Shown piece by piece: positions 13,017 to 27,030 of a DNA stretch of 64,000 bases; position 1 is the first letter of the stretch; each line of letters opens with the position of its first letter. Origin of the DNA: Octopus vulgaris (taxonomy: Eukaryota); the NCBI GenBank assembly GCA_951406725.2, contig OX597825.1, forward strand, positions 17,918,001-17,982,000. The letters run 5' to 3'. Both the position numbers and the translations under genes were made by a program. The notes under the pieces were generated by a model. That model was not told the DNA's origin and did not search any database. It saw only the letters and a program-made list of their open reading frames with translations.

Positions 13017-14962
13017 ACCCGGCTCCCGTGGCATTTATTCGAGCGGGACAATAAACTACCCACTGGATAAATCGCCAATTTATCACATTCTGTTTCATCC
13101 GATTAAATACAAGCAAAACCTACCGCACTTCCCGGTCAGGGAATCGAACGAAAGACTTCATCATGCCACAATATACTAACCACAACGCAACTAATCATCA
13201 CACACATATGTGTCAGCTCGTGCTTATCTCCGCATATAATTACAAGCATTGATGTGTTTGTAAACGCGTATTTGTGTCCACATCTTAGTGACCAGTTCAT
13301 GACAAACGGACGGCCTACGTACAATGTTATTTAATTTCTTCTTACGTGTTTCTTATCTATAGAATATAAAGGTTTGCTCAAGTGTAGAATACTGTAATTT
13401 GTTGTATTCCCATGTTAACTCGAACGTTAACACTAACCAAAGCGTTATCTGTTGTAACAGGAATTTGTTTTATTATGATACGCCAATAAACACTCCTGGT
13501 GACAGAGAAGGTCAAAAGAGTTTTTATTTAGACATTTCTTTTTTTCTTCAATGGGTGTGTGATTGAAATGTCGTTCTTGCTAGCAAAGTTTTTCTTGCAA
13601 CTTTATCACAGACATCTGGTGAATTACTTGTAGTTCTTCTATATATGCAAAGAACTAAACCGCCAATAACAGATATTCACTTGATGAATCTCACGATCTG
13701 TCTCAACCAAACCACATCAAGATAGCATAATAAGAGAGTTTAAACGAGCGAAAGAGAGGCTCAATGTAAAACCAAAATCGCTCCGTTTGATACTGCCGTA
13801 ACCTTAAGTTGTATAAAACGTCTGTATGAATGTTAAATGAAGTGAAATGAAAGTCAGTGAAAGTGACAGCAAATCTGTATAATAAGATGTCGGATGGTCG
13901 TCCATGCTTCTTATTCCAATTAATTGTCATCTTCCTTTACAGAGAAATTCCAATGCCAAAAGTACGACTTTATGCACCACTGAACAATTACCGAGAATAT
14001 ACTTTGCTATTTCAGTGTACTTCTTTATTGCTATTTTAGGCAATAATTCGCTCATTTCAAAGCCGCTATTTCTTTGTATGTCTTTATTCTTTGTTAAGTT
14101 TATTTTCATTCATTCCTTTTATCATGTAAAAACTTCCATACCAATGCATTTCATTTCCAAATCTAGAAGTTACTAGCGATGTCTTGAATAATCTTTACGA
14201 CATTTTCCTAACTATTAATACCTAGAAGTAGATGGAAACGAAAGAAACTTCTGCTACAACTAGAATAATAAAAGCCTACCCAATAACTCAAACAATAGAA
14301 ATATTTTCCGAATTGTTTTCGATTCTATTCAATGTCTGCCGGATAGAGTCTAACAGTAAATCTGTAACTAAGTGTAACGAGTAAGTTTATGTATCTAAAT
14401 ATCACCGAGGGACAAAGAAATAAACTCAACGGTTGAAACGAGATGGTGTTCACCAGATCGTTGCATAATTCCTTTCATATGATGCTACACATATTATATG
14501 ATAATTACACTAGAAACCAATTATTAATATATAATTATTCATTCTAATTACTCTACATAAGTTAAAGTAAAAATTATCACCTTTATTCTGAATACTGCAC
14601 TTTAATCGCAGAAGTGCTTAAATTGTTTCTTAGTTCAGACGTCCTTTTGTTCATAAACTGTGGAAAATTGTTTAAAAAAGCAATAAATGGTAATTATCTT
14701 GAGATCTGTAGAACAAATGGTTCTACTTGGCTAATGTTGAGCGACATATACATAATGTATATGTGCATACTTACATTCATATGTACGTATGTATGTATGC
14801 CTGTGTGTGTGTTAGTTAATTTATACATATATATAAATATATATATATATATATGAGTGTGTGTGTTTGTGTGTGTTAGTTAATATGTGTGTGTGTGTGT
14901 GTGCATACATAGCAATAAATATTCAGAGATATATAGATAGAGAGGTAGACAGACAGGTAGAT

Positions 14963-15001
<39 letters not shown>

Positions 15002-15459
15002 CTGGGAAGGTTGATAGACATGTAGGTAGGTCGGTAGGTAGGTAGGTAGGTAGGTAGGTAGGTAGGGATGTGTGGAGGTAGGTAGATTAATAGATACATT
15101 CGTACATACATCCGTACTTATACGTATGAGCAGATGCCTGAATATATATAGTGAGATAGAGCAACAGGGATAGGCAGAGACGGTGACGTTGGGAAGGTTA
15201 ATATCAAAACGGAGATGAGAAACAACGTGACGGAATCTATCATAAAATCGCACAGAAAAAATTAACAACACAATAAAAGAAAAAAAAAATCCAGCTTATG
15301 AAACCAACCGCCATATCGTTAAGCTCTACTCTCCAAAAACAAAAAAAAAACATCCCTTACTTTGTACTATGTAGAATGTAATTACTGCATAATAGTTGTG
15401 TGCATAAGGAAAATAATATTACATGCACTTAATGTACGAGAAAAGCCATATCTATTTAC

Positions 15460-15870
15460 TCTCTCTTTTACACTTTTACTTGTTTCAGTCATTTGACTGC
15501 GGCCATGCTGGAGCACCGCCTTTAGTCGAGCAAATCGACCCCGGGACTTATTCTTTATGTAAGCCCAGTACTTATTCTATCGGTCTCTTTTGCCGAACCG
15601 CTAGGTGACGGGGACGTAAACACACCAGCATCGGTTGTCAAGCAATGCTAGGGGGACAAACACCGACACACAAACACAAACACACATACATATATACATA
15701 TATACGACAGGCTTCTTTCAGTTTCCGTCTACCAAATCCACTCACAAGGCATTGGTCGGCCCGGTGCTATAGCAGAAAACACTTGCCCAAGATGCCACAC
15801 AGTGGGACTGAACCCGGAACCATGTGGTTGGTTAGCAAGCTATTTACCACACAGCCACTCCTGCGCCTAT
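15460..15870 (-). mobile_element. SINE family A, full length
   Basis: Colinear with the copy at 1000-1410. Confidence 0.9.
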
Positions 15871-16250
15871 TTGATACAGTATTTAACAGTATTTGATACA
15901 TACAATTGCTGTTAGCTTCATAATTTAAACATCACATCTTGCCATGATTTAAGACTTATCTGGTAGTGATTAGCTCCCTTAGAGCAACTGCCTCGTGAGG
16001 CGTCACGCTTACTGATAAATACTAGAAATGAGAATGCATACAAATAGCATAATTTGATTCTGTTGCGATTATAATTTTCATCCGTGAATTAAGATACATA
16101 CAGAGAGAAGTATGAAAGTATGGATAAATGTTTAACAGGCAAGAGATTCGCATTCATCTGATAGTCTTTATACTTAACAATACATCTCATGAGTATAATT
16201 GCAACGAAACGAAATATGATGTGTAATTGTTGATAACATACACATACTTT

Positions 16251-16289
<39 letters not shown>

Positions 16290-16294
<5 letters not shown>

Positions 16295-16540
16295 AGTAAT
16301 ATGTGACAAGTATTCGGTAGCCATGATAAAATTCCAAGTTCCGGATGCCGAGGTGGAAGTCCACGCCGTCATCTCTTCAGTTATCTGGCCATCCGAAAAA
16401 TGCTATGTAAAATGACTATTATATAAAGGTAAATTATTGTGTGATTGACCTTTATTAAGACAAAAGAGTTATTTGAATGACCGCTAAGTAAGGGAAGGGA
16501 GTAAAGTAAGGGTGTTGTTTCATCCATTCTTATCAATATA
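16290..16540 (-). mobile_element. PLE-like terminal fragment with degenerate hammerhead, inside (AT)n
   Basis: Minus strand 16321-16388 reads gataa-CTGAAGA-gatg...catc-c-GGAA-cttggaa-TT-ttatc. (AT)n lies on both sides. Confidence 0.5.
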
Positions 16541-16561
16541 TATATACATATATATATATAC

Positions 16562-16615
<54 letters not shown>

Positions 16616-16777
16616 TCATTCACACACACATATATACATATATACACAGAAAAACCTACTACAATTATAATACACAGGTCCAGGGGTAGTGCAATCCGAG
16701 AGTCAGAGTCGTTGAGTAACCTGTGAATCCACGTGATGCAACTTCCATGTGCATAGTACCAAATGTTACTAATAATG

Positions 16778-17390
16778 TGCAGGTGAGTTGCTAGATGAAT
16801 CCCGAGATCATTCAGGACCAGAAAGGTGCTTACAATGTTACTTCTAAGCAAAACTTTCGTTCTTAGTCGTCTGGAATATTGCTCACCGCTATGGTCACCA
16901 CAGAGCGTCAAAATGGTGATGAAATTTGAGGCAATCAAGCGCCACTATACAAAGAAGCGTGACTCCGTGAAACAGATGACCGACAGGGAGAGACTAAATG
17001 TACTGAAACTCTACTTCCCAGAGAAAAGTCGTAAAAGATATGCCGTGGTATACATATTGAAGATGCCGGAAGGTCTAGCTCCCAAAACGGAATTGAAAGG
17101 TATACCAACTAGCGAACTAGACGGCACTGCCTAGTCACAAAGATCCCGTCATCTCCACCTCGGATAAGGACCCAATTCTGTAATAACTTCGGTTTCAGGG
17201 AGGCACAACTATCAAAATTCTCCCAAACAACTTCAGATATATGCGAGATTTAGATGTTGGTCTTCATAGAACGTTTGGACAACTTTTAATTAAATAGCAA
17301 ATGAACCTACATCGCTGCAAGGTGCACAAACAAGAGCGGCTCTCTCTGACTCCCTACTTCAACCACCCCCACCAAAAATAAAAACCAGCA
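16778..17390 (+). mobile_element. CR1/L2-clade LINE 3' fragment (post-RT region), degraded
   Basis: Translation FRTR..MLLLSKTFVLSRLEYCSPLWSP..KFEAIKRHYTKK..ERLNVLKLY..RKRYAVVYILKMPEGLAP matches the LEYC..WSP / ERL..L.LYSL..RRERY..WK..GL.P pattern of CR1-type ORF2 C-termini. Confidence 0.85.
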
Positions 17391-17865
17391 CAGAAAGGAA
17401 ACCCAGACACACTGGGAGGCAGAAATCCAGCATAAAAGAACTCCATACACCAGATACAAGAAGACATATGTGTGTATGTGCACATGTGTGTAGGTATGTG
17501 TGTACATATAATATATATTATAGCATATATAATATACATATACATATGTATGTATGTAAATAATATATATATGACTATATGTGTATGTGTGTTTTTGTGT
17601 GTGCGTGCGTGCGTATGTGTAAGACTTTAAAGAAAAACCGTAAGACTATTTTTCTGGTATGTCAAGCCCGTATTATTGGTGGTGAAATTAAATCGATAGA
17701 CAAAATAAACCGAGAGAAATTCCACGATTCCCAAATGAAATCATGTCATAAAAGTTTGCAGATTGTTTCATATAAATTGCATGTCAAACAGCAATTATAT
17801 AAAATCACTAAATACTTGTTAGGCTGCATTTAATACATATATACGCTGTACGTATGTTTGTGTGC

Positions 17866-17911
<46 letters not shown>

Positions 17912-17920
17912 GTGTGTGTA

Positions 17921-17975
<55 letters not shown>

Positions 17976-17984
17976 GTATATGTA

Positions 17985-18032
<48 letters not shown>

Positions 18033-18088
18033 CATAAACATATATGTGTGTATATATGTATATATATATATATAACTATAGATATATA

Positions 18089-18123
<35 letters not shown>

Positions 18124-18135
18124 TATAGATATATA

Positions 18136-18180
<45 letters not shown>

Positions 18181-18911
18181 GTGTGTGTGTGTGTATGTGT
18201 GTGTGTATGTATGCATGTATATATGTAAGTTTATATAATTGCATATATGCATTCTAACATACATATATGTGTATGTATATAAGTATTACGTATATATTGT
18301 TTCGTACATATGTGCCTATGTCTGAATGTAAAAGAACAAAGGAAGTAATTTATAATGTACATTTTCCTACAAAAAAAATTTCCAAAGGTAATAACTCTGA
18401 AAATAACGCAAATATCGAAAACAAAAAAAAAAAAAGAAATTACAAATGCGGAAACTCTGCATGTGTATTCCTGAGTATGTGACATTCTATGTGAATAAAC
18501 GTCTGATTGTATTTCGTGAGGAAATTTTCTTTTACATGTTTCTTGTTAACCTGAAGTTCTGGAAGAAGTCATTTACTAAATGTTACACGAAATTGGTTGC
18601 ACGTCTTATATAAAAGCTCATATATAGAAACTATTGTGATGGGCGCTTGGATTGAAATTGAATGAAATTACATGATATGGGATGGGAATCCGGGCGCCCA
18701 TGGCATACGACGATCATCTGTTACGATCTATGTGTTTGCTATATGTACCATGCTCCTACAAGAAAGGATATCTCAATGCGAGTAACGCTGCGTTCGGTGT
18801 TCTAACAAGACATCCGTTAAGTTGGGTACAAAGATCACCTTTTGGTAACAGAGATACTTCTGTCACTAAAAACTAATATAATTACATATACATATATATT
18901 TGTTATGTATA

Positions 18912-19070
18912 GACGTAGGAGTGGTTGTGTGGTGAGTAGCTTGCTCATGAACCACATAGTTCCGGGTTCAGTCCCACTGCGTGGCTCCTTGGGGTACTGT
19001 CTTCTACAGTAGCATGGCACCGACCAAAGACGTACGAGTGTATTTGGTAGACTGAAAAAAGTCCTTCGTA

Positions 19071-19117
<47 letters not shown>

Positions 19118-19268
19118 GTGTGTGTATATATTTCTTTGTCAGTGTTTGTCCCCACCAGCATCGCTTGACAACCGATGCTGCTGTGTTTACGTCCCCGTAA
19201 CTTAGCGGTTTGGTAAAAGAGACCGATAGAATAAGTACTAGTCTTACAAAGAATAAGTCCTGGGTCAG
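18912..19268 (+). mobile_element. SINE family A
   Basis: AGGAGTGGTTGTGTGGTGAG...GGTTCAGTCCC head and family A body, 3'-truncated. Confidence 0.88.
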
Positions 19269-20037
19269 TCTATATACACCCACAAAAACACACGCATATG
19301 TGACATGATTTTGATCCAGCATGTCACTACCATTTTACAGAGATAACTTCCACTTTAGGGAAATCTGTCTACTACTTTTTGTAGAGTGACCAACAGGGCA
19401 AATTCATTTTCATTGGCTGCAATACAATGTTGCTTCTTGGCAGGCCTACTAACACAAATTGTTAAATGAGTGGAAGTTAATTTCTTTATTGTATACGGAA
19501 AACAATACGTTCAAATATATAACTATCAAAATAATTAACTACATAGTAATCAGCCAAAATTTATATAGAACTGGACAGATAATTTGGAGAGACATATGTC
19601 TGAAGCGATTTTATCTATGTTATTAATTTTCAGGATATTTATAGAAACTGCAGCAAAGTTGTCGATTATAGTCGATAATAATGAAGTATCCATTACTTTA
19701 AATTTCTTAATTAACCTATAGTTTAGAAAAACACTGTACATACTAGGGAGGTTCATGATTCTGTCATTAATAAATTCATATTGTGTTCTAAATTGTCTGT
19801 ATCAATTCTATAGAAAAATCATTCTGAAATAATTATAGTTTTATACCTCTGGAGATCAACAACATTTCAAACAATATTTATTACAATCGCCTTTAGAAAA
19901 AGACAAGATGTGTTCTGAAGTGTAACGTATATGTTATTATACAAAAACAAAATATATCATGCATATGAATGTGAATAATGACAAATACATACCTATATAA
20001 ATACCCGCTTCGCTCTGTCTCTCTCACACACAGATAC

Positions 20038-20086
<49 letters not shown>

Positions 20087-21479
20087 CAGAAAGAGACTGA
20101 TAGAGACAGAGAGACAAAGAGATATTGATACAAATATAGTTATTTATTAAAATAGTAAAGCCGCAGACTCCATACAATACGAACAATAAATAAATTTGAT
20201 AACCTTTATATCAGAAATGAATACTCATGAAATATTATTTAAATCACAAACGAGCCGTGTTAGTCAGGCTGCTGAGTACCACATCGCGTTATCATAGCAA
20301 TCTGCGAAAGGGTACTCGGAGTAGTCACTGAGGTCATAGTGGAGTTGGCGGAAGTAGGGAGAATCGGATGGTAGCAGTCGTTTTGGAACTATCACTATTG
20401 AAACTAGCGACGGTGGTGACAGTCAATAACAGTTGGTGTAGAGGTGATATTGATCGTTGCTGTAATGAATTCGACGACGAAATCATTACAGTATATATAC
20501 GGTTTTCTGTCATCTGAAATGAGGTAACTGGTTTAGTTATAAAATTTTTATTTTCTGTGATAAAATAAATTGCTACCGAGTGCTCTTTCTCCCGATCATT
20601 GGGACTACTTGTGGCGACGAAAAATAGAAATATCACCCGTTATAAATACACGTTAGTATATATGTATAAATATATTTATACATATGCTTCGTTTTGATAC
20701 CAAATTTTAATTGGAATATATAGCCATCACTTTTGGAATATTGTGAAATATATGATTAATATTATGAATAATCTACGTTAATGTTGACTTGTGAGATCTA
20801 TGCAGAGCAGTAAAATTAAGTTTTGAATATTGAAGAATACAATCTTGCCATTATAAGCTCGTATAATCTCATGATCAAATGTATTGAGTATCAATCAATT
20901 TGATGTTAATCTTTTCAAATCAAAGACTTATTGATATCGAATATTCCACACTAGAATCTAAAATTCTGTAATTAATACTCTGAAGAAAAATAAAATTCTT
21001 TACGCTGTTGCTTTGTGTCGTTAATCCTAATTTAATACTACTCCCCTAAAGCACATTTAATATTTAATTCTTTCTGTTTGCACATTACTGCATGAATTAA
21101 CTGATTTATTTCAGATATTTTCTACAGGTGGGATTTTAAGTTTGACTAATATGTGGAAGTTGATTGCTCACTGTTCAAGGTTCCTACACGTATGTATGCT
21201 TTATACCAATACTAGGTTAACATGAGTCATTGACATCAGAGTGCTGAAATACACCGCTTAAAATACCTGCATTAATTAAATTTTGTATAACTCATCATTA
21301 TTATTACTTGGGTATGACTTGAAGCTGAATCCGATAGTTGGAATATGCTTCGAAGTGTTGAGGAGCCTGGAATCACTTATTACTATTTTTCTCAGGCCTC
21401 TTCTGACCCAAATTTGTAGCATTTTTCATGACAGGTTAACTAACATGTACCAATCGAGCCACAGTTTGTTGAGATCACG

Positions 21480-21780
21480 GACAATGAGAATTATTTCAGC
21501 AGATGAACATAATGTATTAATTACTAATATCACTAGAAGTTGCAAGGACGAAGAAATAATGAATTGTCAACAGCCAGGTCAACCAGTTCAGTTAGGGAGC
21601 TACTGGTGACATCTGTATTCGTGGCGCCCACAGATGAGACATTTCAGTCAGCGAAAGACAAATACGACCAAAGTCTCGGCGAGACGTCTATGACATATCG
21701 CTCAAATTGGATATCTTACGTAAATGAATTGAACTGGTCCGGAAAAGCCACCCGACGAGATCGATTGATTAACTAACTGA
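21480..21780 (+). mobile_element. Possible degraded RTE-clade LINE 3' remnant
   Basis: Frameshifted traces YW*HL, RQIRPKSRRD and W..ATRRDR resemble the RTE C-terminal WxGH, GRPKxRWxD and A.DR motifs. Confidence 0.35.
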
Positions 21781-21919
21781 TTGATTTATTGGCCGATCGA
21801 TTGATTGATTGATTCCTTTTTTTAATTACAGATTATTACCACCTTGAACTAGTGAGGCTACAAATTTTTTAAGGTAATATAGTTTTCTTGCCGGTTTAAT
21901 GTGCTTCTTTTCCATACTG

Positions 21920-21971
21920 TAATAAACTTAGCCTAATTATAATGCTAATAAACTTAGCCTAATTACAATGC
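21920..21971. repeat. 26-bp tandem duplication
   Basis: taataaacttagcctaatta(t/c)aatgc occurs twice in a row. Confidence 0.9.
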
Positions 21972-23290
21972 ATATGTATTGGCTTTTACTTTTCCAAAAT
22001 TATAGGTACTTCAGAAATTAAAAACGTAATAATAAAATTAAAAAAATATGCCCATTGTTTTTAAACGCATTTGATATTTTGTCTAAGTTGAATCGATATC
22101 ACGATTGTCAAGTAGTCTCTAATTTAGGTGTTAACATCATTATATTTACATTACAGCGGGGCTAGTATTTCAACTTGGTAATAATTCATTCGTAGATAAC
22201 GCCACATAATACCAGGAGACAGTTGTATACTTTGGTTATAATGTATCCCACAATTTTATCCAATCAAACTGAGAGAAATGTTTCAATGCTCGATTATAAA
22301 TAATTTACTCTTGAAAAGAATTGATATCTGGTAAAAGGAAAGTATTAAACTTGAAAAATCACATATCAAGAGCAAACTAGAGCCTAGTTCAATTGAAGTG
22401 GACACATTTTGTTTAGCGGGGTAACAATTCTACCATCTAACCACATTGAGAAATTAATACAACTGTAGAATTTTCTATGGAAAATTTTGCAGTAATCATG
22501 GTAAAATTAAAAATAACGGCTATACATGCATATTATTATAACAGTGGAATGGTATAGGTAGAGAAAAGAGCAATGGAATAAAAAAGAAAAGACATGCTTC
22601 TGATAAAAGAATGGTGAAAAAGAGCCGATTATTTTTGTAGTCATGTAGAAAAACATTTCGAATTTCGAAAATGCCTACAAAATACTCTATCTAAGTTTGG
22701 CGACTGATTTAGTAACAAAAGTATTGAAATAAAGGAAATAATATGTCTAATGCAATCAATCTAAATTTAGTAGATGAAAGATGTAGGGAAGAAAATGTAA
22801 CAGAAAAAAAAAATATTTTACGCTAAAACATGCTTATACCATAATCTCAAAACTAAAGAATTTCGATAAATTGGCGAGAATGATGAAATGATTCTAAGCT
22901 TGGGATTTAAATACCATTTCATATTGTTTGTATGTTAGATGTTTACAGAATGATTTATGAGTAAAGTGGAAGAGATTAGTCAACATTTAGAAGGTGAAAA
23001 TAAAGATTTATAATTTGTTAATTAAAGTATAGGTTTTTTTTATGATTGATACTATTGTGTAACTTCTATGATTTGCATGCGATTCTATTTCAGTATATAC
23101 TCTTATGGGAAACCATATGTTTTTGCCTTACGTTTAGAAACATTCCAATCACCCGTACGTTATAATTACCACACTTTTTATGAATATTTAACAAAAACAC
23201 CTCTTCTGAAATTCAACAAATCTTTTTATATTGCCTTAATTATTTTAATGAACTTTTATTTCACCGCAGGTTTAGGATGAAACGTAAACA

Positions 23291-23332
23291 ATTTGCAAAC
23301 TCAGCAGTATTGGAACTGCTGAGTTTGCAAAT
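23291..23332. repeat. Perfect 18-bp inverted repeat (hairpin)
   Basis: atttgcaaactcagcagt-attgga-actgctgagtttgcaaat. Confidence 0.9.
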
Positions 23333-24458
23333 GAAATATCCACTATTCAACTTTGCAGTTCCTACATTTGCCAAAATGTTTCTCTTTATTGTAGTATAAT
23401 TACCCCCAACAACGTAAGTACTACAAAATCTCTAATCAAAACAGTATGGCAAATTCTTTCGTCAACTGCAGTTAATTTTTACGCAGTGAAGTAGATATAT
23501 ATATATATAGTGTACCTCCAATTAGAATTTTGTGAAATATTCTATAATGAAACTACTATAACTATTGTAATTTTAAATCATCAAATTGTTAAATGTTGAA
23601 TTTTCCTTTAGCAAAACAAACATGCTGGCATGAACAAAAACACTCACAACCTTAACACCGATATGCAATAAAATTTTCAAACATTGTTAATTCTACGAAA
23701 TTCAATTAAGCAAAGTAATTAATCTTGATATATCAGCCTAAACTTATTAGAAATCCGTTATCCTAGATTAGGCTAGTTGTATGTCAATGAATTGATCGGA
23801 TATTTGCCCAGAATAACTTGACAAACTATTCAATCATTTTTTTTGTGTTAAATGTTTTAGCCTAACAGACAATTGTGTATATAGTAAGAAGAGAACACGT
23901 TATAAGACCGTTGTCAAAATATTTTCAATTAAATTCAGATGTTTCTTAACGTAAAATTACTGCTGAGAGGTTATCAAGATCGTCTAACTGTCTTCTGTGA
24001 CGAGAGAACTGCTAGAAGGAAGAGTTTAAATGGTATTTGAAACAGAGAATACATTCGATTGGCAAAAATAAGTGGTGGACTTAATAAAATTTGATATATA
24101 ATAATGTTGTATTTTTAATGTAAATATATGACTATGTACTTGGATTAATTGTTTAAAAACCCACATACATTGCGTTCTAAAATGACTTTGTTACTGAATT
24201 TCGCGATTTTCACTTTCTGACATTTAAGTGTGTCCCCAAATCGGATCTTTCCGCTTTGACCGGCATATTTTTAAAATAATTTGTTTGTAACTAAACACTT
24301 TTAAACTTAGTATACTAGTAGAATGTGTTTATAAAACATATTTTTCTCTTGGATTTCTTGAGAAAATTCTGTAGTTTGTAAGCTATTTGTTCTTTAATTT
24401 TTTGCATTTCGGCAATTTCAACCAATCAATGAGGTCTATTGAGGAGAATTCAAACGGC

Positions 24459-25127
24459 ATTTGAACTCAGAACGTAAAGACAGACGAAATACAGCTAAGC
24501 ATTTCACCGGCGTCCTAACATTTCTTATTTCTTTATTGCACACAAGGGGCTAAACATAGAGGGGACAAACAAGAACAGACAAATGGACTAAGTCGATTAT
24601 ATCGACTCCAATGCGTAACTGGTACTTAATTTATCGACACCGAATGGATCAAAGGTAAAGTCGACCTCAGCGGAATTTGAACTCAGAACGTAGCGGCAGC
24701 CGAAATGCCTATTTCTTTACTACCCACAAGGGGCTAAACACAGAGGGGACAAACAAGGACAGAAAAACGGATTACGTCGATTACATCGACTCCAGTGCGT
24801 AACTGGTACTTATTTAATCGACACCGAAATGATGAAAGGCGAAGTCGACGTCGGCGGAATTTGAACGCAGAACGTAACAACAGCCGAAATACCTATTTCT
24901 TTACTACCCACAAGGGGCTAATCACAGAGAGGACAAACAAGGACAGACAAACGGATTACGTCGATTACATCGACTCCAATGCGTAGCTGGTACTTAATTT
25001 ATCGACTCCGAAATGATGAAAGGCGAAGTCGACGTCGGCGGAATTTGAACGCAGAACGTAAAGACCGACGAAATACAGGTAAGCATTTCGCCCGGCGTGT
25101 TTAACGTTTCTGCCAGCTCGCCGCCTT
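24459..25127 (-). mobile_element. SINE family B tandem array (3 units plus partial)
   Basis: Units of about 184 bp start near 24527, 24711 and 24894. The single complete head ends at 25127. Confidence 0.92.
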
Positions 25128-26233
25128 TGTGATTATTTATATTTTCATATTCTTAGACGCGTGTATGTACATGTGTGCATAGCTTCTGAAGCGATAGGTA
25201 ATTTCTTAATACTCTATTTATATACAATAATTGCACACGTGAAAATCGAATTATTTTGCTATCTCCAATTTCTGTGTTTATCTACTATTATAGCAATCTT
25301 TTGTGATAGCATCGTAGAAAGCATATTTCTTCCAACTACACATAATAAGATTCACACATGACATAAGAAACACAGTGTTTCTGTCATATTTCTAACAATG
25401 TATTTAGCAAGCTGTAAACCTAATTACTGGTGTTCGCTATTTCTTAGATTGTCAGAAAATATTTCTTTTGCGCTTTAAAATGAAATACAGATTGACGATA
25501 ACTATCACAGAATGGTGAGCTAAAACAGATCTATTGACAAAAGATGTCACACATAGATATAAAACTATTTGCGTATGTATGTACGTGTGAATATGAATAC
25601 GTGTGTTTCTTTTCCACTCATGTTTCTGCCGTACGGAACATAGGAAATAAAGATATATTACTGTGTATCGAAAAATTTATGCTGCGTAGGGAATTCGATA
25701 TCAGAGCGTATTTAGGATTTAAGAATATCATATGTGACAAATCAATCGAAGAATTACCTAAAGGTAATAATATCTAAAGACCCATGTGGATTATATATAT
25801 TTACATCGAAAAATAATATCAAAGATTTTCCGGGGGCAAAGAATCATAACAAACGAAAATAAAGGTTGCTTTGAATTATTTACATAATAATGAAATATTA
25901 ATGTAAAACTAAAATAACTAATGTATATGCTGAATTATGTGAAGAAATTTCTGACTTAATAATAAAATATACGTAGAGAAACTTAGAAATATATTTTATG
26001 CAAAATCGATAACCTCTTATAAGAAACTAAACTGAAAGTAAAGCGTTCGCAAAAGAAGGTTCTCTGACACGAAAAAGGAAATTGGGGCTGATGACAGAAT
26101 TGTGGGATGAAAATATGCATAGGAATGTAAATATACGAATGTAGATAAGTATAAGATTACATACGAATGAAAACAAGTAATACGGTGATGCTCTTCCAGA
26201 GGCGGCCTTATGAGGTGCAGGGCCCAATTGGGA

Positions 26234-26267
<34 letters not shown>

Positions 26268-26376
26268 TCACACATATTAAATACATTTTATTGAAATTAT
26301 AATATTTCCCCAAGAATTAAACATATACAAACATATATATTTTATTGCTAAACCTCGCTAAGATAAATATTTCAAT

Positions 26377-26445
26377 TACCTGAAGATTGACTGTAACCAT
26401 AACTCGAATTATTACGAATTGGACAGCCATGAAACGATCGTAGTG
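26377..26445 (+). ncRNA. Type I hammerhead ribozyme motif, PLE-type, canonical core
   Basis: tac-CTGAAGA-t-tgactgt...acagcca-t-GAAA-cgatcg-TA-gtg, with palindromic ACGATCGT stem III and a GUA triplet. An AT-rich tail follows and ends in (AT)n near 26585. Confidence 0.65.
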
Positions 26446-26588
26446 TTTTACTCATTATCTTTTATTAAACATTTAATACTTTTAATATATATTTAAAATA
26501 ATATAAACTAATTAATTTTATGTATTGGCTTAAGTTTTTCATTGTTTGATTTGCCTAATAGTGGTTTTATCTCTAATTTAATATAATA

Positions 26589-26659
<71 letters not shown>

Positions 26660-26664
<5 letters not shown>

Positions 26665-27030
26665 GATACGATAACTTTCTTTAAGTCTAGCGGCTGACCC
26701 AAGCAGTTTTGGATTAATGGATTTATCTTTTGATATATTGTGTAGAATGTACGCCGTATTTTTTATTATTATTATTGTTTTTTTAAATGACAATGTAGAT
26801 TTTCTTAAAAGACTTCAAGGAGACGACCTTTATGAAATGTCGCAGTATAGAATGTGGCCTCTTGAGCCCCACAATCGGTCAGGTCGGCTTAATTCCGGCC
26901 CTGTGTTCTGCATCTCAATCGTTGTTAGCATCATTTCAACTTTGATGGAGATGAAACACGATCTAAAACGTACCTTCGCGTATGTACTTCTGCTTAAAAG
27001 CAGCATTTGACTTATAAGAGACTTGGCTGT
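26660..27030 (-). mobile_element. Possible degraded RLE-type (R4/Dong-like) LINE 3' remnant
   Basis: Minus-strand traces RPD.....HILYCDIS and TAYILH resemble the PD..D endonuclease and GTAHILR C-terminal motifs. It abuts (AT)n. Confidence 0.25.

Noticed and set aside
24459-25127. Possible CRISPR-like or satellite array
   Set aside because: Units are SINE bodies without unique spacers, and the context is eukaryotic.
26087-26125. CTGATGA...GAAA hammerhead candidate
   Set aside because: No convincing stem II or stem I pairing.
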